A stretch of DNA of 60,088 bases, filler included, from Porpidia crustulata (lineage: Eukaryota), in assembly GCA_964255105.1 (NCBI GenBank). It is 4 parts of 4 records of this genome, joined end to end, with 100 filler letters (N's around TTAATTAATTAA, not from the genome) between each part and the next. Parts side by side here need not be neighbours in the genome. Positions count along the whole stretch, not along the records: positions 30,118 to 45,059 come from CAXUWE010000349.1; positions 45,160 to 60,088 come from CAXUWE010000350.1; 2 more parts are not named here. The stretch is one strand, 5' to 3'. Below the pieces are notes generated by a model. The model had not been told where the DNA came from and searched no databases. It saw only the letters and a program-made list of their open reading frames with translations. A program made the position numbers and the translations under genes. Positions 36,170 to 49,594 of this stretch are shown in pieces (position 1 is the stretch's first letter; the number at the start of each line of letters is the position of its first letter).

Positions 36170-37885
36170 ATGTCGAATCAAAGTATTCTTCGAATTACTG
36201 GCGTTGGTTAATCCATAGGGCAGGTGTGGTCTGCTCTGAGTCTAACAACTACTAGGAGATATTGCAAATACAGAAGAACACCGATCTTTGTACGTGCAGG
36301 TCGACGAACGTCCAGTCCACTCCCAAGATCTGCGGCTGACCGACGTAACAGCGATTGCCGTAGCTTGTCGCGACGTTGATGTCCGCCATGTGAAAGCTAT
36401 GATTGTTGGTCCAGCCGACACACCCTATGAGTTCGGTTTCTTCGATGTACGCTATGATCTATCAGCCTTTGGATGGGAGCAACTGACGCGGGCATGCTAG
36501 TTTGAAATCAAATTCCCTAGGGGTTTGGAAGTCCAAGATCCCCCCGCGTCCGGATCTGCTGAATTGACATCGGCTAGAGTACCCTGGTATACCACCAGAA
36601 GTAAAGGCTCGGACTACCAATGGAGGACGGTGTCGTTTTAATCCCAATATTTACGCTGGGGGTAAAGTATGCTTGTAAGTTACTCCTCTACGACGTCTCG
36701 AAACTACCAAGCATACTGATTTATTGTAGGTCGATTCTTGGGTATGTCCGCCACCTTAAGCAGCCTGAATATGCCATATCAATGAGATTTTAGGACTTGG
36801 AGAGGAGAAAGTAGCGAAGAGTGGTCCTCTGCTCAAGGACTGGAATCTATCCTGATATCAATCCAAAGTTTGATGTCTCCAAACCCGTTCGAAAACGAAC
36901 CGGGCTTCGAAACCAATCCAAGAGGCGAGTACACAGACTATATTGCTCACTACATTGAGAAGGTAGTTACCCATCCAGTAACGTTCGCGTTGAGAAGCCT
37001 TATATTTTATAGATCAGGCACGAAACGTTGAGAATTGCCGTTATTCAACGCCTAGAAGATTTCCTTGGGATTCACTCAGACGGCAGTGTTGACGATCTTC
37101 CACCACTGGAAGTATTCTTCCGCTCCGAGTACGATGAAGATTTGGACCAGGCCCAGCCGCTATTTGAACCGTTCAAAGATCTCATTAAACGGCGCTTTCT
37201 GTGGTACTACGATTCATACCTCCTTGCAATAGAGAATGCTCAAGCCAAAGTCCTAGTCAATGAGACGTTCCAGACCATGCCTTTTGAGAGTAGTGGAAAT
37301 AACATGCCAGGAAAGTATAATTATCCTGAGCTAAGCCGACGACTCGCACTGATACTTCTCATCCTAAAGAGGGAAACGGAGTATTGGGCCATGGAAGGGT
37401 TGGTGCAAGTTCGAAAGGAAACGAGTCTTGCGTCAGGGTTCTTACGGCAGTTTGAGCGCATTGCAGAGAGCTACAGGAAGAATGACATGGTCACCCTGGA
37501 CATCGACCTAGAGAACAAAAATCCATTTGTCTGGCAGCTTACTTACTTTGGCCGTCCGATGACTCAACTCGATGGTGGCATGTTCAAGATCAAAATGTCG
37601 ATTAGCCCGCGCTTCCCTGACGAGCAACCGCGCGTTGTTTTCGAGACCCCAATGTTTCATCACCGCATTTCCACTCGCGGCGTGCTTTGCTACTTTCCTA
37701 GGCGACCCGACGATATCAATTCTCATATCGAAGCCATAATCGAGGCCCTTGAAGACACCGATCCACCGTATGACCCGCGCACCCTGGTTCATCCTGAAGC
37801 CTCGAAACTGTACTGGGGTTCTGCGGAGAATAAGAAAGAGTACAATCGCCGATTACGCCGAATGGTTCAGCGGAGCATTGACTGA
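36170..37885 (+). CDS. Ubiquitin-conjugating enzyme, UBE2Z-like, with a second C-terminal UBC-fold domain; 8 exons including 22-nt (36501-36522) and 12-nt (36730-36741) microexons
   Basis: Spliced text [96 protein letters not shown]; second domain [42 protein letters not shown]. Confidence 0.88.
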
Positions 37886-39165
37886 GCAATTCATACCGGT
37901 GAAATGGCTTCGCCCCAGATCAGGCATAAATTACCTGAGTCGATAACTTTGCATGGCGTTCAACGGTGACTGGTTTTGATCATAGTATACCCTGTGCAGT
38001 TTAGCATGAATTCGAGGCGCATAAAGGGTATCACGGCAGCATGCATAGGTAGCATCGGGAGACGCAAAGTCTTCTGGCAAAGTAGTCTCTCGCTTTCAGT
38101 CTTACTTTCCTCGGTGGCTGTACAATTGTAGAGATTGCTGTGATGCGTTATCTTCACAAGAAATATTCTTGGGCACCCATGATTATCTGTAAAGCTGTAT
38201 TGAACAACAAATGCATCCACAGCATCCTAACAATAACCAAAATCGAAGCTGGTGCGACGTATAGAATAGCCCTAAGAGCCGTAGTGTGAACTACCTCTGA
38301 TTCGTGATGAAAATGCCGCTGTACCTATCTTCTTGTCTGCTGCAAGAGAACTGATCCTGGTCGGTTGTACGTGCTTGCAGTGCCATATGACCAGTTGCCA
38401 CCTACCCACCTACCTCACTCATGCTGCGTATCACCCGATATGGCTGGTGGATCACCTCGCAATTTTTCCGACGTCCAACTTATCCCAACCATTTCTCTAG
38501 TACAAGGTCAATTTCGGAAGATTTTCGTTGTCGAACAGTGCCAATGATCAGATACTGCTCCAACGGCTGCGGCAGAATCAATTCGTAATAAGAAGGCGGA
38601 CAAGTAAAAGTAAATGTCATGTGATATAATCTGATTGGCTTAAACCAAATTTGGCATTAGATAATCACATAATCTCCACCCCCCCTGCAATCTTTCGTGT
38701 CTTTCCAGTAGAAGCTTTGTATGCCTCGGGAAAGGCCACACCTGGTGCTCTGCGACTCCTACAAAGCTGTCAACGGGGAGACAGGAAACGATCGCTTATC
38801 CAATTTATCCTCAGCTCGAGACCACCCTCAAGCTGCACTCTTTGTCCCATCATTCGTGTAACCTCAAATTGTTTGCTTTATCGATTACTACTCATATGCG
38901 AGCAGACGAAAAAAAAACGCACAATATTAACATTTGGGGTCCACACCGATAGAGCTGCAGCATCCGCAACCTGGCGTCTACGTATCCCGTCCAAGTTTCG
39001 ACGGGACAACGCCGCCGGCGCTCGTCGTCTGCGGTCAAGACCATCCACTCGGTAAATTTACAAGAATCTCACTTCGCGCAAACCAGTCCAGGAGCCTCGT
39101 CGGGGCTTCCGGCGGACGGCTTCTCCCAACGATTATCGACTATTCCAGGAACGCCGTCCAATCCC

Positions 39166-40704
39166 ATGTCTTTGTCGAGATCTCCGTCTCCCAATAGAGG
39201 GGGGGGATGGTCAAGTCCAGGACTCACAACACCGTTCGACAATATCAGCAGGACTTCCAGTCCGAGAAAGGTCTATGGGGATTTACAAATGAATGGGTCA
39301 GCAAGTAACAGCAGCATAACGTGGGCCACCGCCAAAGCAAGGAGTGAAGAGGTCAATGGTTATCCGTCATTTTCCACCAGGAATAATGGCTTTTTCTCGA
39401 GGCACGCGAGGCAGATTTCACGAAGTTTACCAAGCTTCAACATAGGGACACGAAGAGATTACGCGGAGAAGGAGAAGCTTGGTAGAGGACGGCGGTGGCT
39501 GCCCGGTAACGGAAATCGGGCTGGTCAGATGGCGACACATCTCGGACGTATCTTATGGCGTATGCGGTTACGATTATTGCTCGTTCTTGGTTTTATAATG
39601 GCTATCGTGTTGTTCTTTGTCACCCGTAGGTCACACGCTACAAGTGTTTTGCACGTGGACTAATACTGCAATAGCTATACATCGAGCGTACCGCAGAGCA
39701 TCTTTACTAGGAGGTGGGAATAAGTTCGTGATCATACTAGCAGCCAATCAGGGAGGAGGGGTCATGGAATGGAAAGGTCCGCGAGAGTGGGCTATTGAAA
39801 GAGATAGCGTGAAGAACAAGAAGAAGTACACGAAGAAATGGGGATACGACCTGGAGATTGTGGATATGAGCACAAAAAAGCGATATGCCCATGAATGGCG
39901 GGAGAGTTGGGAAAAGGTGGATACAATTCGGAATTGCATGCGCAAGTATCCAAAAGCAGAATGGTAAAGCAAGCCACGGGGATCCATCATCTCCGAGTTA
40001 CTAACAATTGCTCCAGGTTCTGGTGGATGGACCTAAATACCTTTATCATGGAACCTTCGTATTCGTTGCAGTCTCACATATTCAACGACATCCAAGGAAA
40101 TACCTATCGCGACATCAATATCTACAATCCCCTTAACATTTCGCATCCCTTTGACTCCCCGACTCTCGATCCCGTATCTCGGTCAGCAGTAGGTGATGGT
40201 AAGGTCAGCTCGATTGACCTCGTTATCCCTCAGGACTGCGGTGGCTTCAATCTTGGTTCATTCTTCGTCCGGCGGAGTACATGGACCGACCGTCTCCTTG
40301 ACATTTGGTGGGACCCAGTGGGCTACGAGCAAAAACATATGGAATGGGAACATAAGGAGCAAGATGCTCTCGAGCACCTATACATCAGCCAACCCTGGAT
40401 AAGACCACACACGGCGTTCATCCCTCAACGAAAGATCAACAGCTTCCCACCAGGAGCGTGCGATGAGAAGGGAGAAGACCAAAGGATACATTACCGGGAA
40501 AAGGACAGGGATTTCGTCGTCAATATGGCAGGGTGTGAGTGGGGAAGAGATTGTTGGGGAGAGATGTATAATTACCGGGAACTGAGCAACAAGTTGAACA
40601 GAACCTTGTGGGAGAAATTCAAGGATGGCATCAGCGATAAGGTTAGGGCAATCAAAGAGTCCTTCAAAGGGCGGAAGGAGAACCGGGGAGGAGACGAAGC
40701 ATGA
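39166..40704 (+). CDS. MNN10: Golgi glycosyltransferase family 34 (Mnn10/GMA12-like alpha-1,6-mannosyltransferase subunit), 3 exons
   Basis: Type II TM (LRLLLVLGFIMAIVLFF), KFVIILAANQGGGVMEWK, WRESWEKVD, YPKAEW|FWWMDLNTFIM, QDCGGFNLGSFF, EHKEQDAL and VNMAGCEWGRDCW. Confidence 0.9.
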
Positions 40705-41900
40705 TGGACGATATCATGAGTCCAACGAGCCGGATACGTCGTCATCATCCTTCGTGGTCAACTTGAATCTGGTGTGGCACAGGCGTGAGGTGCTATCGAA
40801 ACCTGCGGTAGGGTGCACTTCAGCCATGAGACCGGGTGTCATAGAAGAGATTGGGCGAAGATTTATATTGGCGGTCTTGGATGAATCTTTTCTTCTGTTT
40901 AATTATATCATTGCCGGATACCTGGACCGTAGCTGGTCTTTGTTACATGTATCAATACGTTATTGGAAGTCGCTTGCATCTGGTAGAAAAGACATAATGG
41001 ATAATCTCGATGCCAGGCAATTTGCTTGCTCCGGGAAGCATGACTCACATCTTCGATGCATTTAACAGCTTCAAGGCTCTATCTATCTTTCATATGGTCT
41101 CAAACAATGAGAGTTTGTAAGAATAGAGAGAAGAATTGATTTGATGGACGTAAGCGCCACGAATCACATGATATCGCGTTTTCAGACGTGATCAAGACTC
41201 GCCTTGCTGATTGGTGCAGCAAATAACGCTATCCTTCCGCTCTGCTGTCTTTCGCCAGTCACATCTTTCTGACTCGAAACACCGCAGCGCCTAGAAATTT
41301 GGAAGCCCAAGAGAGAACGCCAATGAGCTTGAATGTCGTGCAGGTCAGGAAATTGTGGCGCCTGCAACCACTGCCTAAGCAGCAGATGAAGTCGGGAACC
41401 GTTACGTAGAGTTTTTCATGCTGAAATGACGAACGTGTTCTGTTTTGGATTTTTCGTACTTGATTCTCGTACCGTAGACAAAGAGCCTCACCTAAATCTC
41501 ACTTATGATTCAGTCTCACAGGGTGGGCCGTCTGTGTTGTGTCTTTTGCAAGTCCGAGCTCTCGATCGTGTTTCTTATTGTCTCTGCCGATTACGACTTC
41601 ACGGATCTTATTGACTCTGAAAAGCGACTCTCTTTACTATTGTTAATTTGTTTATTGATGATACCCTGCTCCCTTGACAATAGGAACACTCTTCTTTACA
41701 ACCATCGATCAAACCAATCTTCCATCAGGAGTGCCCTCACTCATGGTCTTATATCTCCTGGTCGCCATCTTGAGATAGCGTTAGTTGCTATTGTCCACGT
41801 CAGTATTCCTCTTCAAGTCAAATAACTTTATTGCGTGCTAAAAAAATTCTCTCAGAGTTGATTTCGAATCACACAGAGTATAGCGGGAACGACCACCTCA

Positions 41901-44900
41901 ATGGCAGCTTCTAAGGACGGCTTCTCCCATGTAGATCATATACCGTCTTCCAGTCCTCAGGTGCCGTTTCCATCAACAATGAGCGAGGATATTCTCTACC
42001 AAGCTTCGCAATTCTCTTCCTACAACTCCTACCAACCCCAAAGAACAGAGGCCAGACAGGCGGTTGGGCAGGGAAATAACACCGTTAGGGCTCGAAGGTT
42101 CTCGATCCAAAAGCCCACAAAAGGAGAATGGGGGCGAAATAAAGAGAAGGGTTCGAACAAATCCCGCTGGCCCGGGTTGAATGTGGTCACAACCTTTTCA
42201 AAACCTCCTCTTGCAAAATCCACTCCCAGTGCTGCGAGGAAGCAAGAGAGAGCGGTTGGGCCGGACACGAAATATTTCGAGCCGGAAGTAGTTTCTCTAC
42301 CAGATGACAAGTATGAGAAGGACAGAAGTGATGGGAAAAGCACATTAGGCATCGCAGTAATCAACCTTGACCAGAGCTCAAAGCAAGGTCCGAAACCGCC
42401 GACTGACTTGTCGAGAGACACTTCGAGAATGCAGGAGGATGCAGCCCTAGGACTTGGAGTCCATCAGCAAGAGAAAGCGTCAGCTGTGAGCCCACAAAAA
42501 TCCGGAGCGGTCAAGGGTACCGTAAACAATCTGAGGCGAGCATCTAGTAAATGGAGCAACATTTCTCCATCGGATAGAGCAATTATGATTGGAATCTCCA
42601 TACCATCTACCAAATTCGCAGACCACGTGATTAGCCCAGATGGATACTCGGCCCAGCTATCAGGTCTTAATGCTCATCAATACGCAACCGACAACGGCCC
42701 ACCAGTGACACCTACAATCATTGTGACCCCAGCCAAGAATGAGGCCCCATGGTCTGCTACTTCAAACGAACTGCCCACAGTATACCACATAAGGCCATCT
42801 TCGAGTGTTTATTCGCAAGCCGTCCAGCGCAGCCGAGCAGTAACCCAATTATCAGAAATACCACCTGTGCCGGCGTACCCGTCTATCTACCGGACCCAGC
42901 GTGCTAGTAAAAAGCCTCTCACTGAATCCCAGACCTGGCCATCAAGGGCCGTCTCATCGTGCACCGTAGTTGACGAAGATGAGATCCCACCAGCAGCTTC
43001 AAGAGGAAGACCCTACTCTGGGGAATCTCAATTGCGAATATTGACTCGATCTAGCCAAGACTCTTTAGCAACAAGGCATCGATCACAAGGTTGGTGGAAT
43101 TATATAGTTTCTCCGTTTCTCACACGGTCCAACACCATGATGTTCAGGAGTCCATCGGGATCAGCACCTGATATGTCAACGCCAAGCCCTGGATTGAAGA
43201 ACGCTCGTGACGCAGGCGAAAAGAATATAAGTCCTGACTCTCCGGACGAGCCACCCGAAAATGAAAAAAACAAGAGCGGGCACACGAGCTTCTGGACAGA
43301 GATGAGCCGGTTTGAAGGGGAGCATGAAAAAAGTGGTCATGTATTCGATCGAAGTCTTGACGAGCAACCTAGAGAAGCTATGGGCAAAGATAATAATAGC
43401 CCTCCTAAGCAATTTGAGGGGTTTGGAGAAGCTGCGGAGTATTATGAGGCTTGCTGGCATGACCAAAACAGCCCAACTCCCTACTTCGAATGTCAGAACC
43501 ATTCGTGTCTGCCAAAACAGAACAGAGGTCTTGAAGATATAACAAAAAGTTCTAGCGATCGGGGTGTGACTGCCGCGGAACCTGTTACCACCCGCATCAT
43601 TGACGCGACTGAAGATAACAATGCCCCCAATGCCAAATCGTTTCAACAAGAACCAGCGAACCGATTTTCGGCTGCATTCAAAGAAGCTGTCGTCACTAAA
43701 GCTAAGCCCATACGGCCAATCAGTGAATCTACAGAGATTGAAGACCTTGATACTACTCCTGAAGTCCAGGAAGCTCACGAAGCACCGGTAGTTCGAGGTG
43801 GCGCAATCATCCCCGCAGCTCAACCATTGGCGTCAAAGCATGAATCAGAGATGAGAAGAGAGTTTGTGGCGAGCCAGCGGTCTGCTATCAATACTTCAAC
43901 AGAAGTACCCACTCCTGCACCAAAAGCAGAGAGTTCCAGTAAGCCAGCTGTAGTATCTACGGAGCATCCTCCACTGGCTTCAAAGCAGCCTCTCTCTCCG
44001 GAACCTGCAGCACCGATGACGCGCTCAGTTGGCCGTCCTGACAATGTAACTTCGTTAACCGAAGTGTCTCGAGAATTTGATCCATCTCCGCCAGCCCAGA
44101 CCACGTACATTGTAAACCACTATCACGGAGATCCTGCTATATGGAGGCGTCGTGAACAGACAACCTTGGCGGACTTTGTACCACAGCCAAGATTCGACCC
44201 ACCTCCAACAGCACAGCAAAAGGATTGGAGGACTGGTGGCTATGTCGAGAAGAACGATCGTCCTCGATACAGCAAAGAAAAGAAAGATTCGAAATTTCGA
44301 AAGTGCTTTGGGTTCAAGCAGAGAACAAAGAAGCAGAAGTGGATTCGTGCCGGTATCACTGCTGGCTTGGCTGCTCTAATCCTCTTGGTAGTCTTGCTTG
44401 TTGTTTTTTTGACACGCAAAGGTGACAAGATGCCCGTTCAGTCTCAGTGGCTGAATATTACTGGATATCCACCAATGCCAACGGGTATCACTACAATTGT
44501 GCAGCCTAATGTAGTGTTAGAGAACTCTGGATGTGTCCAGCCATCAACCGTTTGGGACTGTTCCCTGCCAAAAGAGCAGCAACCTTCGATCGCGCCCAAT
44601 GCTCCGGATCAACCCAATTTCCGAGTTGAAATCAGGTTTCGCAATGGGACTTTCCCAAACGGCACAGCCCTCAATACTGCGAGTGTCAATAAGAGACTCG
44701 ATGACGGCGCTTCAAACCCAGTCTCAGCAGGTCAGTTTATCCGGAGTCGGCTGCTTCTTGCACGAGACTCCACCAACAGCCTCTACATTGCCTCACCATC
44801 ACCACCAAACCAAGAAGACCAAGTTTTCCTGGGAAACACCACAGACAACATCACCGCCCCGTTTGACGGCGAATCCACCCCGTTTTTCATGAGTTTCGAC

Positions 44901-45059
44901 GACCCGTCCAAGCTTTCCTCGTCCCAATTGTCAAAGCGCCAAGTCTCGAATCTAAACCTAACGAATCCATTTCCTGACCTCACAAAAGCCATCCCACCAC
45001 CAGACATCAACCCCGACGGTACAGCCGCAGCTGCCAATCTCCTCCCCCTACCCTCAGCC
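41901..45059 (+). CDS. Large single-pass membrane protein: Ser/Pro-rich N-terminus, one TM, Cys-containing luminal domain; cut by contig end
   Basis: More than 1050 codons open; basic stretch then TM AGLAALILLVVLLVVFL; WLNITGYPPMPTGITTI..SGCVQPSTVWDCSLPKEQ followed by several N-glycosylation sequons. Confidence 0.8.
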
Positions 45060-45159
45060 NNNNNNNNNNNNNNNNNNNNNNNNNNNNNNNNNNNNNNNNN
45101 NNNTTAATTAATTAANNNNNNNNNNNNNNNNNNNNNNNNNNNNNNNNNNNNNNNNNNNN
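45060..45159. other. Artificial contig-joining spacer N44-TTAATTAATTAA-N44
   Basis: Identical 100-nt spacer. Confidence 0.97.
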
Positions 45160-48100
45160 GAGGGGGGGAGGGGTAGTTACGCACAATCGTTTTGCTCGCC
45201 CTGGTATTTATCTACGGTCGTGACAGCGCGCGGGAGGCCGAACAGGCGGTTGCGCGCGCATCGGTGGCCGAGCACGTCTCGGATCAGCGCCCGCTGGCCC
45301 GCGTAGGTCGTCAGGATCGAAATCTTCGCGGCCGGATAGCCGAGCAGGCGCATGTACTGGTAGATGGCGACGGCGTATTCGGCTTCGCCGAGGTTCTGGA
45401 AGAAGTGCGGCGATGGCTGGGATTCGCCGGCGCCTTTATAGTCTGGGACGTCGATGAATTGGTACTCGTACCGGAAGCCTGCGTTGGCAGTGAGGAATTC
45501 GGGGGACGTGAGAACATTGGGTAAGTTTTCAAGCTTCGGGTAGCGCCATTTGTAGAGGTCTACGAGGCTGGGCCGTCCGCGACCTTGGGCGTCAAGATCA
45601 ATGGTCGGCACACCTAGTCGGACTAGACGAAGAAAGAGACTCTGTTCGAGGTTGGCGGCTTGGCGGAACGCGAGGTTCTGGACGATGGGGGAATTTTGGA
45701 GATGGTCGCCACAGAGAACAACCCTCTGGAGTGGGAGCTCGCCGTTCTTGGAATTCTGGAGGGCTAAGGGAATGAAATTTTCGATTTCGGTGATTTGCGC
45801 GGCTTCTTCCATGATTACGTTGTCGTATTGGAAACCTAGATTAGTAATTTCTTCGCGGCGCATGGCGGCATGAGTGGAGGTCATGGCGATGATGCGGGCT
45901 TCTTTGACCATGAGGTAATTGGTTTTGTCTTTAGGGTTGCGGAGGATCTCAAACGGACGAATGTCTTCAAGTTCGGTGAAAATCTTATCAATATGACGCT
46001 GGCAGCCTTTGGCTATGTCTAGTATAGTATCTTTGGAGGCATTAAGGGGAAATAAAGGTTGGGGTGCATCCCCAAAGTAGTGGTGGAACGGGAAGGAAGA
46101 TGTTATCTCTGCGGTGGTAGAATCGTCGTCTGCGAGGTCCCAGAATTTGGACCACGCAGGTTTGACGTAGACAGAGCCAAAGTAGCCAGCGGTCTCGCAA
46201 GAGCTGCCATGAGCACCTGGAGCTCCGAAATTAGCTGCCAGTCGATCTACTTCGGCCAAGTAGTGAGCTCGGTTGTCTAGGAACGATTCGACTCGACCAA
46301 ACTTCCCATAATCTGCATCAGTCTCGAGGCCTTCTTCACCATGACCGAGTCGTAGTAGATGCCGGCCGTCGATATCTAGCTTGACAATCTTCTGAAACAG
46401 TTGATTCAGCGCTTGATTACTGTGAGCAATCAGTAGAGTTCTCTGCTTTGGGAAATCGTGATAGATATTGCTGATGATCTGCGTCGCTACATCGGTCTTG
46501 CCAGTACCAGGAGGTCCAACAATTACAGTGAGACCGGGCTGAATCCCCGAGACGATTGCATCAACTTGAGTGGAGGTGAAGCGAATCGTGTTTACTTTCG
46601 GCGTGTCATACGGATAGGGCCCATTATTTGGAGGGCAATAAGTGGATGCCTTATATGTCTCTGATGGTTCGGAAATCGGCTCTAGCTCGTCGCGACGTCG
46701 CTTCTTCGAGGTCTTGGGGATAGTCGCGTAGGTATTCGCACATGTCTCTAGCACATAAGGGGGTCCGAAGCTTCCAGGCTCGCCACTTTCAGATTTGATG
46801 ATCTATTAACTCGTCAATTCCATTTCACACCGGGGATTTCTCGAGTCGTACCTTGCTGGGAAAGGACTCAGTCAAATGTTGCCAGTCAAGAAATGTGTCT
46901 CGGAAGTCGATGATCTTCAGGCGATTCGCAAGTCGAGGACAAGAGGCACCACTTGGATCACCATATCCCAGGAAGACTTCTTGCAACCAAGCCGGAATTG
47001 GAATGTCAGACAATGCTAGGCTCTGAATTGTCTCTAGGATTTTCTTGAAATTGTTCTCGCGCCCTTTCCTGCGGACAATAACATTGATAGAGTCGTATAC
47101 ATCTGGCTTTCCCCTAGCCTTTCGATCAAGGTCTGCTTTGTATTCAGCAACATCAAAATTAACGATTATCCGCTTTAGTCGTGACTTCCGTCCACCACCA
47201 TTCACTTGACCACCCGGCACTTCCCGCATCGAGCGACCATTCTCATCTTGAAGTTGGATGACCTCTGCTGTCCGTAAATAAGAGAAGCTTCGGGTGTGGG
47301 TACCAGCGTGTGTAGAATGACCATTTGTCAATGTTCGAATAGCGTTGTTTGGTTGCACGGCTAGAAGGTAAACAATATCATCTGGTCGAAGAGCTTCCCA
47401 CTCTCTACGGACGGAATCATTCAGCCTGCTGACGTCGAGCGCTATCTCGGCGCGAACACATGCAGGATTGTTGTGTCCAACCTTTGCTGGAGCCACCTCA
47501 AGTATACTGTTACATGTTAGAATGAGTTTTTTTGAGACATCTTTTGAGCTTACGCAGGTTTTGCAATGGGGAGTGCCATCCTCGAAAACCCATCAAATTG
47601 AACACCACCATCAGCTCCCATTTCCCTAGGCTGTAGTCGCTTTACAGTGTCTTCCATGTCCTTCCTGATCTCGAAAAATGACTCACAACGATACAAAACA
47701 AACGATCGCCAGAGGAAATCTCCTATACTAAGGTACTGAAGGTTCAATTTAGGAATGGCGAGAGGCCGTGAGCCGTTGTACGAATCATTGCGCAGCAAGG
47801 CCGGCTCGTACAAGGTGGCTTCGGTAGGTAGGACAGTCAAGTCTCCCACAGATTCCCGAAATGTCTTCCGTCTCTCAAAAGCTGACACAAGTATCTCCAG
47901 AAGAAATTCCCGGTTTTTTGTGACATCTACCGCAGATGTATAACTTGTCCGAAACCCTAGCAAAATGCATAATTCCGCAAGCTCAGAATCTGTCAATTCC
48001 TTTAGATGAGTCTCTAGCTCCTGCCTTTGGTCAATAGCTCCATAATTTGAGAGAGCGAGAATAGTAAGTTTAGTTTTGAAGTGTTTTAAGGCTGTTCTCT

Positions 48101-49314
48101 GCAGTCGGGCTAACTCATTACAGTGTATTTCATAGGCCTGTACTTGAGAATACTGAGCACCTGAACTATCATCAATGGAAAACTTCACAAAGTGACTGAG
48201 GAGAACGTAGAGATCGCGTAAGAGATCGTTATCTTCATTATTGAAAGAGGGCGATACCCTGATAGCAGCTAGAATATTGAGATCTTGTAGGAGGGTATTG
48301 AGGTATCGCCGCGTCGGGAGTTGGCTTTCAAGATCCGTAAGAAACTCTATGAATCTTTCGCAATACCTCAGCTCGTCTAAAGCCACATAAGTAAATAGAA
48401 AATGGCTATTGAGGACGCATCGAACTCACCTGTATTTGGGCTCTGTAGGCGACTCATGAATTCGAGTATCATTGAGTATAGCCACGCACGCTCGAATCGT
48501 AATTTGGCCTGAGAACAATGATCGGCAGCTTCATACCGCTTCATTGCAGCCCGCCATGCCTTCCTGAATTGTCCATATTGTTCAAATCTCTCCTCTCGAG
48601 AAGAGTCCGATGACAAATTATGCCAGATCGAGATCGAGACGAGAGGTGCACACTCTTTACGCACAAAGCCGTTGTCTAACGATTGGAAGGCGTTGATTAA
48701 ATATGACAACAAATGTGTCCGATGGACGGTTGCCACCGTGGTATCAATGCTCATCGATAGAATGCGACGGAACAGGGAAGAAAAGCGGGCAGGATCGTTC
48801 TTGAAGATATCTACAAATCATAAATATTAGAGATCCTCATACTTGATAATGTTACTTACTCCAGACTGGTAGATTTTCCCTGCTCTTTGCATTCGCAAAC
48901 AGTACAATCAGAAGGACGTGATAATTCGTTGAGTCCTCCGTGTATCCTGGCCATAAATAGCTAAGCAATATCAGTATAAGTAGCATCAGCTAAAAATGAC
49001 GGGACCTACTTCTCCAAGATTTGTAGGTTCTCTAGCGCGATCAGCGTCCGAAATTCGAAGCTCTCATTCTCAATTCGGTCCCAGATTTCATTTTTAATGA
49101 CCTCTGGATTCACTTTCCCCGGCCCGAGCGGCTTCGACCAATACTTTTCAGCCAAATCATCCCATAGGCTCTGATTGACGAGCTCGGCCAAATTTGGCGC
49201 GTCACCTGACCCGAAGTTTCGATTTCGCGACATGATACCTGGTACTACCGTTTGTGACTGATTCAAAGATCTGTCCCAGGGCTTTGTATCTCCATGGCCT
49301 CTCTTGAAGAGCAT
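45160..49314 (-). CDS. AQR: Intron-binding spliceosomal SF1 helicase Aquarius/Cwf11, multi-exon, 3' end cut (alternative ATG at 49233)
   Basis: LENLQILEK|YLWP, YCERFIEFLTDLESQLPTRRY, IPKLNLQYLSIGDFLWRSF, VRRKGRENNFKKIL, VGPPGTGKTDVATQ, IAHSNQALNQLF, IMEEAAQITEIE and TVDKYQGEQND. Confidence 0.94.
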
Positions 49315-49594
49315 GAACAGGTAGTAAGTTCAAGAACGACGTCCATAGAGAAGTGTCTGTTGACATTCGCGGTACAACTCGCACGTTTGATATCTTGAAC
49401 GGCTCGGCCCGCAGAGCCGCATCATTCTATCAACGGGCTTTGTTTCACATTCGGATTGCTTGGATCAGAAACCGTAGGAGCCACAATGCTGGTGATCGTT
49501 TGATCGTCTTCTCGTCGTCTATTGAGGGCAAACCCAACAACTTTAGTCCAACGTCAAATGGATACATGGGGACTGTAGGAGTTATCCGGGTACA

